Virus record (IMG/VR): IMGVR_UViG_3300033120_000816
Reading direction: 5' to 3' (one strand)
Length of the DNA stretch: 64,000 bases
DNA from: a virus
Taxonomy: Duplodnaviria; Heunggongvirae; Uroviricota; Caudoviricetes
The position numbers were made by a program, and so were the translations under genes. Shown here piece after piece: positions 17,889 through 26,654 of this stretch (its first letter is position 1; each line of letters starts with the position of its first letter). Below the pieces are notes generated by a model that saw nothing but the letters and a program-made list of their open reading frames with translations, searched no databases and was not told the origin of the DNA.

Positions 17889-18296
17889 TTATATTGTTTC
17901 CTGAATAGTAAAATCCCTTATTGCTGTTTCTATTGCCTTGTGCAGGTGTTGTTTGATTAGTCCGTTCTCTACGTATTTCATGTCTCCGTAATCAGAACTC
18001 CATGAGCCAGAGTAGTTAACAAGCAAATCTACAAAAAGCTGTCCCGACATTGTGGGGTGCATGTGTGAGTATGTCCGAATTCCACAGCTTACCACTGGTA
18101 CGGTTTTCCATGTGTCTAGGTAATATTCCTCCCCAGCTACTTTGTTCCCTACAATGTAGATAGAGTAGTTGCAGTCGTTTACCTTGTTTACGTTGAATTC
18201 AAATGGCTTGCCGAATACACCTCTTTCTTTGATGTCTGCTACGATTTCTTTGAAGGTATCGTATACGTACTTGCATACTTGGGTTGTGTTATCCAT
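17889..18296 (-). CDS. hypothetical protein (135 aa)
   Basis: ORF. Confidence 0.5.
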   Translation of the reverse strand: MDNTTQVCKYVYDTFKEIVADIKERGVFGKPFEFNVNKVNDCNYSIYIVGNKVAGEEYYLDTWKTVPVVSCGIRTYSHMHPTMSGQLFVDLLVNYSGSWSSDYGDMKYVENGLIKQHLHKAIETAIRDFTIQETI

Positions 18297-18300
18297 GTTA

Positions 18301-18501
18301 TTATTTTACTGGTTTAGCTTGATAAATACCTTTGCTGTTTATGTACTTACAGAAAGATTCTGCGGTAAACTCTTTGGTTCGCACCATCCAATTGTGTAGT
18401 GCTGCTTGTGCTGCGTCACCTATGTCTGTTAGTATTTCAAAACCCCTCTCCATACCATCCACTTCATCAAGAATTACTTTTAGCTTTTTTAATTTTGCCA
18501 T
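18301..18501 (-). CDS. hypothetical protein (66 aa)
   Basis: ORF. Confidence 0.4.
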   Translation of the reverse strand: MAKLKKLKVILDEVDGMERGFEILTDIGDAAQAALHNWMVRTKEFTAESFCKYINSKGIYQAKPVK

Positions 18502-18521
18502 GTTGTTGTGTGTTGTTTTTT

Positions 18522-19190
18522 TTAGTTATTTCTCTGAATAAACGTTTCTGGGTGCCCAGTGCGCTTTGTTTTGCCTGTTACTGTGCCGCCGCCTGTTCTT
18601 ATCCAATCCTCCATTTTGTTGAGGGCTACGAACTTGTGCTTGTTCTTCTGTATCTGAGTGCGCTCCATCTTCTCTATTTCCTTGGCTAGTCTTGCGCGCT
18701 CTAGGACGGCTCTATTGTGCTCCTTGATGTCGTAGTTGAAGGCTAATACCTGGTCTTCTGTGGCAACCTCTCTGAATCTCCTATTGGTAATGTCGTACTC
18801 GTAGTCTGCCAGTTGTATTTTAGAGAACATGAGTGATCGAAACTCCTCCCCAGCAAATGAAACAAGGTAGTCTGTAGCTGCCTCCTTTAAATCCTTGTCA
18901 CGTAAGTAAGATATTTCCTCTGCCAACTTACTATCGGTTACTCCCAGGTATTTGCAGATGTTTCTCTTCTCCTCAATGCTGTCCTGTTTTATTACCACCA
19001 TTGGACTCTCCTCAGAGAATCCTATGATAGCAAACATAACCATTATTGCAGCCTTATCGTCTTTATTTGCCAGTAGCTTGTTGAATATGGACACATTTAT
19101 AGTATCAAAGTACTCCTGTAGCTTTGCTGTCTTATCTACTGTGTTTGATTGCCATATTGTAAGGCAGTCGTTTAGTATGCTGTGGGTCAT
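18522..19190 (-). CDS. hypothetical protein (223 aa; start taken at MTHSILNDC...)
   Basis: Internal ATG that gives a 1-nt start/stop overlap with the upstream gene. The full track ORF extends to 19304. Confidence 0.5.
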   Translation of the reverse strand: MTHSILNDCLTIWQSNTVDKTAKLQEYFDTINVSIFNKLLANKDDKAAIMVMFAIIGFSEESPMVVIKQDSIEEKRNICKYLGVTDSKLAEEISYLRDKDLKEAATDYLVSFAGEEFRSLMFSKIQLADYEYDITNRRFREVATEDQVLAFNYDIKEHNRAVLERARLAKEIEKMERTQIQKNKHKFVALNKMEDWIRTGGGTVTGKTKRTGHPETFIQRNN

Positions 19191-19462
19191 TATCTGACTA
19201 TATCTTTTAGTTCGCAAATGATATCTATCACATCCCTTGGAGTCTTCTCCTTTCCGTCGTTTATCCATCCTTCGGGGAACTCTACTCCAAACTTCCCCTC
19301 GCAAGATAACACTATGTCGCTGAGGTCTGCTTGATTGGCGCCAAGCTCAGATAGGTGGATTGCTTCGGTATATCCAGAACCTTGACAGGGCAACATAAGT
19401 GTTTCTTCTATTATCTGCCTAACCTTGCGGCTGAGTGTTTCTATTTTCATCTTGCTTGCCAA
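19190..19462 (-). CDS. acyl-carrier-protein-like small acidic protein (90 aa)
   Basis: 'IHLSELGANQADLSDIVLSCEGKFGVEFPEGWIN...RDVIDIICEL' aligns with ACP helix II/III ([28 protein letters not shown]). The canonical DSL serine context is altered. Confidence 0.4.
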   Translation of the reverse strand: MASKMKIETLSRKVRQIIEETLMLPCQGSGYTEAIHLSELGANQADLSDIVLSCEGKFGVEFPEGWINDGKEKTPRDVIDIICELKDIVR

Positions 19463-19610
19463 ATATTGTGTTAAAAAACATTAAGTGTGCACATGCTTCT
19501 ACTTTCTCTCCCTGTTCTCTTAGTTCTTTCGTAGCCTCCCTAAGTATAGACAAACACTCTCCTGTAGTGTGAAACATTAAAGCTGGGTATACAGGTGTTT
19601 TTGTTTTCAT
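19419..19610 (-). CDS. hypothetical protein (63 aa)
   Basis: Short ORF that overlaps its neighbour. Confidence 0.3.
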   Translation of the reverse strand: MKTKTPVYPALMFHTTGECLSILREATKELREQGEKVEACAHLMFFNTIFGKQDENRNTQPQG

Positions 19611-19628
19611 GTTTATGTGCCAATAATT

Positions 19629-19865
19629 TTAGTTGTTCACAAAATCAAATGCTTTGCCAGTTTGTTGTACCTCCTTTGGCTTACCTCCGATAGACATACC
19701 CAATCTCTGCCTCAATATTTCCTTCTCACGTATTTCGTGTGGAGACAAACCGACTATCTGCTCTTTATTCTCTAGTTGGTTGTATACTCCTTGTGCTGCG
19801 TACCTCTCAGCGTGAGTGTAGTATGGTTGGATTGTCATAATTACAGGTCGTTGTTTGTGAGCCAT
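19629..19865 (-). CDS. hypothetical protein (78 aa)
   Basis: ORF. Confidence 0.4.
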   Translation of the reverse strand: MAHKQRPVIMTIQPYYTHAERYAAQGVYNQLENKEQIVGLSPHEIREKEILRQRLGMSIGGKPKEVQQTGKAFDFVNN

Positions 19866-20089
19866 TTAATGAACTTGCTTTCTGGTATTTTTACTTTTTT
19901 GGTCAATATCAATATAGCCACAGCCACCAGCAACACTATACTAACCACAGGTATTATCCAAATAGGTTGCGCCTGCGCAAATGATTTTGTTATCATACCC
20001 CTCTTTGCTGCGTACCTCAAAAGGAACCTTAGCAGAAATATTGGCAGAAACCAAAATACTCCCAGTATCAATAATTGGTCGTGTGTCAT
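19841..20089 (-). CDS. small membrane protein (82 aa)
   Basis: Two hydrophobic segments (LLILGVFWFLPIFLL; IIPVVSIVLLVAVAILIL). Confidence 0.4.
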   Translation of the reverse strand: MTHDQLLILGVFWFLPIFLLRFLLRYAAKRGMITKSFAQAQPIWIIPVVSIVLLVAVAILILTKKVKIPESKFIKWLTNNDL

Positions 20090-20286
20090 TGTTGGCTATA
20101 TGTCTTGATGAAGTAATCGTTTCTGTTTTCGTACTTGTTAGATCTTTGGATTGCGTCCCCGTATGCTTGCTCGATGCAGTTGCGCTCGTATGGTAAAAGC
20201 TCTGCAAGGTCTTTCAGGTAACTTTCCAAATTTTCTATGTCAACTTTACAAAAAGCACCATCCATAGCGCTTTTTGTTTTAGACAT
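20086..20286 (-). CDS. hypothetical protein (66 aa)
   Basis: ORF. Confidence 0.4.
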   Translation of the reverse strand: MSKTKSAMDGAFCKVDIENLESYLKDLAELLPYERNCIEQAYGDAIQRSNKYENRNDYFIKTYSQQ

Positions 20287-20349
20287 CCATCATATTCCGC
20301 TACTACTTGTAGCATTTCATTTGTTATCTGTTGCATAAAGTTGCGTTTT

Positions 20350-20676
20350 TTAGTTTTTTCTTTTATACCTTAAAGGATCTTGTATTATTGGTGTTATATA
20401 ATCTTCTTCAAACTTATTTCTTAACTCTATTAACTGTTTCAGTTTTTCTTTTCTGTTTATTTCTAACATACTGTCCCCATGTTGCTCCCAGTCTCCTGCA
20501 GCTACTGCTATTCCCTCTGCTTCATATGCAGCATTTGCTATCATCTGACATAGTTGTACATAGTCTCCATGCACTAGCCTATACTCATGAGTGTCTACGT
20601 CTTTATAAAACCATTTACTCCCTATTGATTCTTTAGATTTTCTATGTTCAGACATAGTTTTTGTGTGTAGTGCCAT
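20350..20676 (-). CDS. hypothetical protein (108 aa)
   Basis: ORF. Confidence 0.5.
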   Translation of the reverse strand: MALHTKTMSEHRKSKESIGSKWFYKDVDTHEYRLVHGDYVQLCQMIANAAYEAEGIAVAAGDWEQHGDSMLEINRKEKLKQLIELRNKFEEDYITPIIQDPLRYKRKN

Positions 20677-20935
20677 TGTTAATGTTTTACTCTAATTTAT
20701 CACTTACTTGTTTCATTATCTCCTTCCAAACGGCCTCCTTTTCGTACTCACACAGCACCTTCCCGCATTTTGTTGTGTACTCTATGCAGTATAGGTTGTT
20801 ATCTACCCACGCTTGAACATTACACCCTCCACTGGTGGCTATGTGGCTATGTATGATTTGCGCATGTTTACTTATTTTGGTTTATGAATAATATTCCCTC
20901 ATATACTGCATTGAATAGGTCGATGTATTCGCCGT

Positions 20936-21319
20936 TTACAGGTGGTTTGTACATTGCTTTTTTATGTTAGCTATGTGGTCGGATGCACAAACGTAGGTAT
21001 TGAACTTAGTAGAAATATTAAATTCACTTACTAAGTGGTTTAGAACATTTAAAGCTACTGGGTGCAGCCAATCTAAAGATGTGAGGTATTTCATGTCCTT
21101 AATCCAATTGTCATACTCTTTGCCGCTTGGGGATATGTATGGTATCAACTTTGTTCCTGATGGTAGCTGCTTAACCCAAATTTTATAAGGTGGAATAAAT
21201 TCAGGTTCTCCCCTCAATTCCCATCCGTCATATTCGGCTATTGCTTTTATCATGTTTTCTGTGCTCATTTTTATCTTATTTGCACCCTGCACACCAATCG
21301 AAGATGTGCACTGTACCAT
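20936..21319 (-). CDS. hypothetical protein (127 aa)
   Basis: ORF. Confidence 0.5.
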   Translation of the reverse strand: MVQCTSSIGVQGANKIKMSTENMIKAIAEYDGWELRGEPEFIPPYKIWVKQLPSGTKLIPYISPSGKEYDNWIKDMKYLTSLDWLHPVALNVLNHLVSEFNISTKFNTYVCASDHIANIKKQCTNHL

Positions 21320-21328
21320 ACAGGGCGA

Positions 21329-22123
21329 TTATTTTTCTACTGATTTTATAAAGAACGGAGCGCTACCGTATATAGGCGTGTGACCATCCCATTTTTGTAT
21401 AAACTCCTGCTGCAGCAACTGGGGTGTTATGCCGGAACTGAGTATTTTATTCTCTTCCGCCTTTAACGCAGCAAGTTCATTCCTTTTGCGCTGCTCTATT
21501 ATTTGCTGGTCAATAACAGTGACATTGGTATTCACTTCGTTACGTGTATCAATTCTACTTTTTACTTTGTCACTGAAGTCTAGCTGACAACTGAAAGTAA
21601 GCAACTCTAGCCCTTTTAGCCCAAACTCTTCTTTCACCTTTTGCTCAACATCTTTTTCGAACCTAAGACTACCACCACTGGCCATCAATGTGTCTGTAGT
21701 AAACTTACGACTCTCCTCCTTCATTATGTCGTAGATTTTGTTCTCCAGTATGTTGTCTTCCAGCGCTGTTATAAAATCATCGGAAGAGCCCAGTTGCTTG
21801 TTCTCAAACACAACATCTACGGCCCTTTTCTCCATTACACGAAATGAATACACTGGCTTTGCATTGAACTCTGTGTTATCTGCCGCCTTCAAGTGTAGAA
21901 CATCCTTGTCATAGCTACCTCTTTGCTCAAACAGCGGTACGGTCCATAGTTGTGTGCCCCACTGCCAAGTCATAACGCGTCCTTTCTGAAGAGAAAAATC
22001 GGATTTTCCGTTTTTCCCGTAATTTTCCATCAACACACCTATGTGGTTCGGCTCTACCAGTTCTCCACATGATGTAAGTAGCATTAAAAATGCCATTGCG
22101 TAAATGAGTGCGCTCTTTTTCAT
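21329..22123 (-). CDS. SPFH/band-7 (prohibitin/HflKC-like) lipoprotein, 264 aa
   Basis: Signal peptide plus lipobox MKKSALIYAMAFLMLLTSC. The SPFH core pattern is present (GVLMENYGK ... WTVPLFEQ ... AKPVYSFRV ... FSDKVKSRID ... IIEQRKRNELAALKAEE). Confidence 0.6.
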   Translation of the reverse strand: MKKSALIYAMAFLMLLTSCGELVEPNHIGVLMENYGKNGKSDFSLQKGRVMTWQWGTQLWTVPLFEQRGSYDKDVLHLKAADNTEFNAKPVYSFRVMEKRAVDVVFENKQLGSSDDFITALEDNILENKIYDIMKEESRKFTTDTLMASGGSLRFEKDVEQKVKEEFGLKGLELLTFSCQLDFSDKVKSRIDTRNEVNTNVTVIDQQIIEQRKRNELAALKAEENKILSSGITPQLLQQEFIQKWDGHTPIYGSAPFFIKSVEK

Positions 22124-22287
22124 TACTTTTTTTGTTTGGTTTTTGTTTGGTTAATAATAAGTTTCATGTTCAGGGGTATTAATACTGCGGATGCAATAAT
22201 GGTGGCTGGGGCTGAAATGTGATTGAACGACCACATTAGTCCGTAAAACTGAAGGGAGATTGCACCACCCAATAAGTAGTATTTCAT
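22124..22287 (-). CDS. possible small hydrophobic protein (54 aa, MKYYLLGGAISLQFYGLMWSFNHISAPATIIASAVLIPLNMKLIINQTKTKQKK)
   Basis: Below the track cutoff. Its TAA abuts the SPFH gene ATG (TAATG). Confidence 0.3.
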
Positions 22288-22308
22288 TTTCTGTAATTAA
22301 CCGCTCCT

Positions 22309-22866
22309 TTAAGCGGGGTTTTTGCTTTTGTAAATGTCAATGATAATATCATAAGCATCAAACACTACAGCTAATTGCTCGTGTAGTTTGTAGCCTACAA
22401 CCATGTCTTCGCTGCTCATAAAAAATGGCATATCTATTCTTGCGCGATGTATATAATCCCACTCGTCTTCTGTGTGATTTTTACACTCCTCATAGTATAT
22501 AATAGCCTCTTTTGCCTTGTCTCCGAAATTATCCTCAGCGTTGGCTATGGCTTCATTCAAAGAGTCTGTTGTTTCGTCAGAGTCGTAGCTACATGGTTTC
22601 TGTATTGACGACTGCCTGATTTTTTCTAGCCAGTACTGCTCAGAAACCTTTTCACTTTCGGCAGATGGGTAGAAGCCTCTACAAAATACATAGCTCCCAT
22701 AATCTCCCGTAACCAGCAACTTGCCGCCTATGTTGATGAACTTTATTGAACCAACAATAGTGCCGGGTATATGAAAGTGATGAACACTTACAAATATTGG
22801 TTCTTTAGACTCCGTATGCTCTAATATGTGTTTAGAGAAATCTACTTTTGTGCGCGTCCCTTTCAT
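22309..22866 (-). CDS. hypothetical protein (186 aa from MKGTRTKVDF...; track ORF extends to 22962)
   Basis: Internal start chosen because the 5' extension overlaps the end of the 1245-aa gene. Confidence 0.45.
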   Translation of the reverse strand: MKGTRTKVDFSKHILEHTESKEPIFVSVHHFHIPGTIVGSIKFINIGGKLLVTGDYGSYVFCRGFYPSAESEKVSEQYWLEKIRQSSIQKPCSYDSDETTDSLNEAIANAEDNFGDKAKEAIIYYEECKNHTEDEWDYIHRARIDMPFFMSSEDMVVGYKLHEQLAVVFDAYDIIIDIYKSKNPA

Positions 22867-22916
22867 TGTTTGCTGTATTGTTTTGTAAAGATACAATAGT
22901 GATTTGTATTTACAAA

Positions 22917-25900
22917 CTATTTTCTCGGTTTTATTTCTTTTTCTTTCCCCCAGTGCTCCCACCCGATTACTTCAAGGTCTTTTTCAGGTATTTGGCGTAT
23001 CAAATCGTATATCATACCCTTGTAAAGATATCCTTGTTTTATACTCTCTGGCTTAAGATACGGGTAGTTCTCTTCCTTTTCTGCCCCTAACGAGTATTTT
23101 ATATCCTTGTATAGCCTGTAGTATGCGGGAAGTATCGGCAATCCTGGCACAAATGCCTGAGATGCCTGCCCAAACTCACCTAATGCGTGCTCTGTGTCGC
23201 CCTTTCCGTATTTTTGTACGCCTCTCTGAATTTTTGTAGCTGGGCTGTACTGGGACTGATTTAATCTTGTCATTTCTAAAACAACATCCATACCTTTTGC
23301 CATGGCTTCGTTTGTGTCCATACCTTCTGATAGCCCGTATAGATATGTCATTGCCCCTATAGGTCCAGCCGTGCGTTTTATTACGTTAGATAGCGCATAC
23401 TTATCTTCCGCATACTTAGATGCTGCCTCAATAAGCCCTTCGTCTTCATCTTCCCTTACCAGCGCGCCTAGGGCCGCCATTGCGCTGAAGGCAACCAACC
23501 CCTGAGTTAGTCCAACAATGGCTCTACCTGCCTCACTTTCGTAGGTTATGGTTCTTTTCATGGCATCCTCCATAGCCTTAGCGTTAGATGGGTCGTATAG
23601 TTCTTGTTTTGCTTTGGAGTACTTGCCAGTTATCAAGTTCCTAAAACCTAGCCCAGCACTATCCAGTGTTAGCCACACCCAGTTAGTGCCGCCAGCCATC
23701 AACTTTAAGATGCCGTCATAGTACATTGTTGACTTAATCAGAGTCGCCCCAGCTTCTTCGTATTTGCCTGCTTTTATCAACTGGTCGTATTTTCGTTTAG
23801 ATTGCGCTCTACCAGCTTGTATCTTCTCCGAAAGTATATTGTTTGCCTCGTGCCCCAATGCTACCCCTGCTCCTGTTTTTGCAGCCTTGAACGCAGCTTT
23901 CACAACTTCTGGGGTAATTGCTGGGTTGCCGTTAAATGTTCCCGCTTCGGTTGCCATCTGCAGGTTGCCTTTTATCATATCGTCAGCAAGTCTTATTGCT
24001 GCTCGTTCTTTGGATGCCTTTGACTTACCAACACCCATTTGTTCGCCAAACTGGTCTATGATTTGCCTAGCCTGCTGTTGTACTTGTTCCCTTTTTTGAC
24101 CGTACATAGACTCGTAAAGAAACTCCGTGGCATCCTCTTTTGTCCAGCCTGCTTTTTCTAAGGCTTTATGCATTATGTTAAGGAAGTTGTAGTTCCTGAT
24201 TACAGCTTTGTTGCCCGCATCTAACCCGTTCAGCGCGGCTCTATACATGAGAATAGACAGGGTTTTTGCTGCTTTTACGGGGGTTGCCTTAAAATCCAAA
24301 GAGTCTAGCTCTCCCATAGTCTGTACATATCCAAATTTACCGCTTGCGTCTGTTGATGCCGCTCCCATCGCTACATCCGCAACCATTTTGCGCCACAGTT
24401 CGCCTTCTTTGAACTTCGTAGTTCCGGTTTGTGCTGCTAACTGCATCTTGGCTTGCATGGTTGATAGCTTGCCGGTTGTTGCGTTTTGCAGCATATTCCA
24501 CGGGTTGCTTATCAGCGTAAAGTTGTGCAGAGAAAACCACTTACTCATGAACTTCCCTATCTTGAGTAACTTGGCTTTGTCTGCTTGATTGCGCTCAACT
24601 ATTCGGTTGATTCCTTTTTCTACAGTAGATTCAATGGTTTCTCCTAGCCTTAGACCGGTCATAGCTGCCGACTTGGTATAGGCTTCAATAATTGATTTAA
24701 TCTCATTCATGTCGTCAACGCTCATTTTATCTAAGCCTATTGAGGACATAAGCAATTTTTCTCTTGCTCCTTCAAATACCCCCATAGCCTGAAGTTCCGC
24801 TAGTGCTTGAACTGCGGATTGTCTCTCAGGGGAGTTGCGTTCTACTATTCTTTCCTTGGCGTCTAGTACAGATTGCGCGTGTTCTTTTGCGTTGGCAATT
24901 AGTTCTTTATATGAAGAGGTTAAAGCGTCGGATATTTGCGATATCTCTGCTGGGTCGTACCCTTTATCTTCTAGGCTTACCTCTACAATATCTCTTAGCT
25001 GCCCTTCCGTTAAATTGGCGCCAGATATTTTTCTCCAGTCTAGTTTGCGCCCTGCACTATCACCTTTCCCGAATTTCAATGTTTTGGACAATATTTCAGC
25101 TAGGATATTGTGAGCTTCTGTTCTCTTGAATATTAAAGGTCTAGTGGGGTCATTGAACTGTTTCCTAGCCCTTTCCACGTCTGCCATTCTCTTAGAAATG
25201 ATGTCGGCTATGTCTATTGGCTGCTTTGCATTGGTTGTTTGTGGTTGCCATGACTCCTCTATTGCCTCCATTGTTCCTTTGACGTACTCTTTCATCTTGT
25301 CCACCATATCAGTGTACATGTTTTCCATAGCGTCTGCGGCCATCTCTGACATCTCCTTGGAATACCCAGCGTCTTTCATGTAGTCAATTACCATATCCCT
25401 TATGTCGGTAGGGCTGCTTATTTGGTCTGCCATTTTCTCTAGGTTAATCCTGTCTGCCCCGGTGGTGTATTTTTTTATGAGCCCGTTTTTGTCTAAAATG
25501 TGCATCATCAAGTCTTTCACCAGTTTTTTAGACATAGTGAGCTTTGCGTCTGGTTTCTCCGCTAGTTTACGGTAGTTTTCAAACCCACGCATATACTCTG
25601 ACAATACATCCTCGATTTTTGGAGCTGGCTTCTTTGTCCCTTGGGCTGCTGCTTGGCTTGTTGTGGGGTCGTACTTACCGCCAGCTATCCTTGCCATAGT
25701 GGTTTTTGCGTCTATGAACTCTCTTGATAGGTTGTCGGCTATTCTTTCGGCCACAAATTGAGAGTGCCCAGCATCAACCATCGCCTCAATTACGTTTTTA
25801 CGTATCTCAGATACTGTACCCAATTGATTACTTGCTTTAGCCCAGTCAATAACAATTTCTCCTTTAGTATTGACTTTTGCGTATCCCTTGTCTACTAACG

Positions 25901-26654
25901 CTCCTTCTACAACTTTTCTAGCCTCCTTGCTATTGAGTTGTATAGAATACACCGCATCTTGGAATGACTTTACATGGGCTTCTAGCTTATCCGCCTCGGC
26001 ATCTTTCCCTGCGTCTCTCAGTTTTTGTGTAAGCTCGGCAAGCTGCTTATTGACATCTTTGTGCATGGTTTCAAGGTTGAGGATTGCGCCATCAACATCT
26101 CTCTGCCCTATGTTCATTTTCTTTAAGCCATCCTCGATTATTTCTTCCCAGGTTCTTTTGTCTTCTACTTTGGTTCCGTCTTTTTCTTTAGGGCTTATCC
26201 TTCTCAGTGCTTCAGCATACATGTCTTGTATCTGACGGAGGGTTGATTTTGTAGAGTTATCCTCTATTCCTTCTGCTTTGAATGCCCTAATTATCCTTCG
26301 TGTTATTTCTTGAGAGGGGGATAAATTACCTATCTGCTTTTCTTTGCCCTCAGCATCGGTTTCTGTAAGGTCGTCTAGTAGGTAGGATCTTACTGTTTTA
26401 TCAAATTCATAGCCAGCTTCTACCAGTACATCTTCAACGGAGTCTGCACCTGGCATAGAAGACAGCTCCTCCATGTAGGCAAACCCGGCAGACTCAACGT
26501 CTATTTCTACTCCGTCTTTTTTTAATCTCTCCCGAACATCTTTGAATGAAGGTGGAATGCCCTCTCCATGTAGTTCGGCAGCTACGTATTTCATGTACTT
26601 TTTTACTCCGTCTATGTACTCAGTATTTTTGAGCAAACAATCGATTGCTAACAT
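22917..26654 (-). CDS. giant virion-associated protein (1245 aa), possible ejected/cargo or internal protein
   Basis: Uninterrupted 3.7-kb ORF, third of three consecutive giant late ORFs. Largely alpha-helical and charged in composition. Confidence 0.8.
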   Translation of the reverse strand: MLAIDCLLKNTEYIDGVKKYMKYVAAELHGEGIPPSFKDVRERLKKDGVEIDVESAGFAYMEELSSMPGADSVEDVLVEAGYEFDKTVRSYLLDDLTETDAEGKEKQIGNLSPSQEITRRIIRAFKAEGIEDNSTKSTLRQIQDMYAEALRRISPKEKDGTKVEDKRTWEEIIEDGLKKMNIGQRDVDGAILNLETMHKDVNKQLAELTQKLRDAGKDAEADKLEAHVKSFQDAVYSIQLNSKEARKVVEGALVDKGYAKVNTKGEIVIDWAKASNQLGTVSEIRKNVIEAMVDAGHSQFVAERIADNLSREFIDAKTTMARIAGGKYDPTTSQAAAQGTKKPAPKIEDVLSEYMRGFENYRKLAEKPDAKLTMSKKLVKDLMMHILDKNGLIKKYTTGADRINLEKMADQISSPTDIRDMVIDYMKDAGYSKEMSEMAADAMENMYTDMVDKMKEYVKGTMEAIEESWQPQTTNAKQPIDIADIISKRMADVERARKQFNDPTRPLIFKRTEAHNILAEILSKTLKFGKGDSAGRKLDWRKISGANLTEGQLRDIVEVSLEDKGYDPAEISQISDALTSSYKELIANAKEHAQSVLDAKERIVERNSPERQSAVQALAELQAMGVFEGAREKLLMSSIGLDKMSVDDMNEIKSIIEAYTKSAAMTGLRLGETIESTVEKGINRIVERNQADKAKLLKIGKFMSKWFSLHNFTLISNPWNMLQNATTGKLSTMQAKMQLAAQTGTTKFKEGELWRKMVADVAMGAASTDASGKFGYVQTMGELDSLDFKATPVKAAKTLSILMYRAALNGLDAGNKAVIRNYNFLNIMHKALEKAGWTKEDATEFLYESMYGQKREQVQQQARQIIDQFGEQMGVGKSKASKERAAIRLADDMIKGNLQMATEAGTFNGNPAITPEVVKAAFKAAKTGAGVALGHEANNILSEKIQAGRAQSKRKYDQLIKAGKYEEAGATLIKSTMYYDGILKLMAGGTNWVWLTLDSAGLGFRNLITGKYSKAKQELYDPSNAKAMEDAMKRTITYESEAGRAIVGLTQGLVAFSAMAALGALVREDEDEGLIEAASKYAEDKYALSNVIKRTAGPIGAMTYLYGLSEGMDTNEAMAKGMDVVLEMTRLNQSQYSPATKIQRGVQKYGKGDTEHALGEFGQASQAFVPGLPILPAYYRLYKDIKYSLGAEKEENYPYLKPESIKQGYLYKGMIYDLIRQIPEKDLEVIGWEHWGKEKEIKPRK

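Noticed and set aside
20677-20745. Strong Shine-Dalgarno-like AAGGAGG followed by a 9-codon mini-ORF (MKQVSDKLE) on the minus strand in the 260-nt gap upstream of 20350..20676
   Set aside because: It is too short to call a gene. Shine-Dalgarno use is atypical for this genome. It may be a leader peptide or a chance match.
22290-22320. Hairpin CCGCTCCTTTAAGCGG + GGTTTTT just downstream of the stop of 22309..22962
   Set aside because: The T-run is on the plus strand while the flanking genes are on the minus strand, and there is no A-run for minus-strand termination. Function is unclear and it is not annotated.
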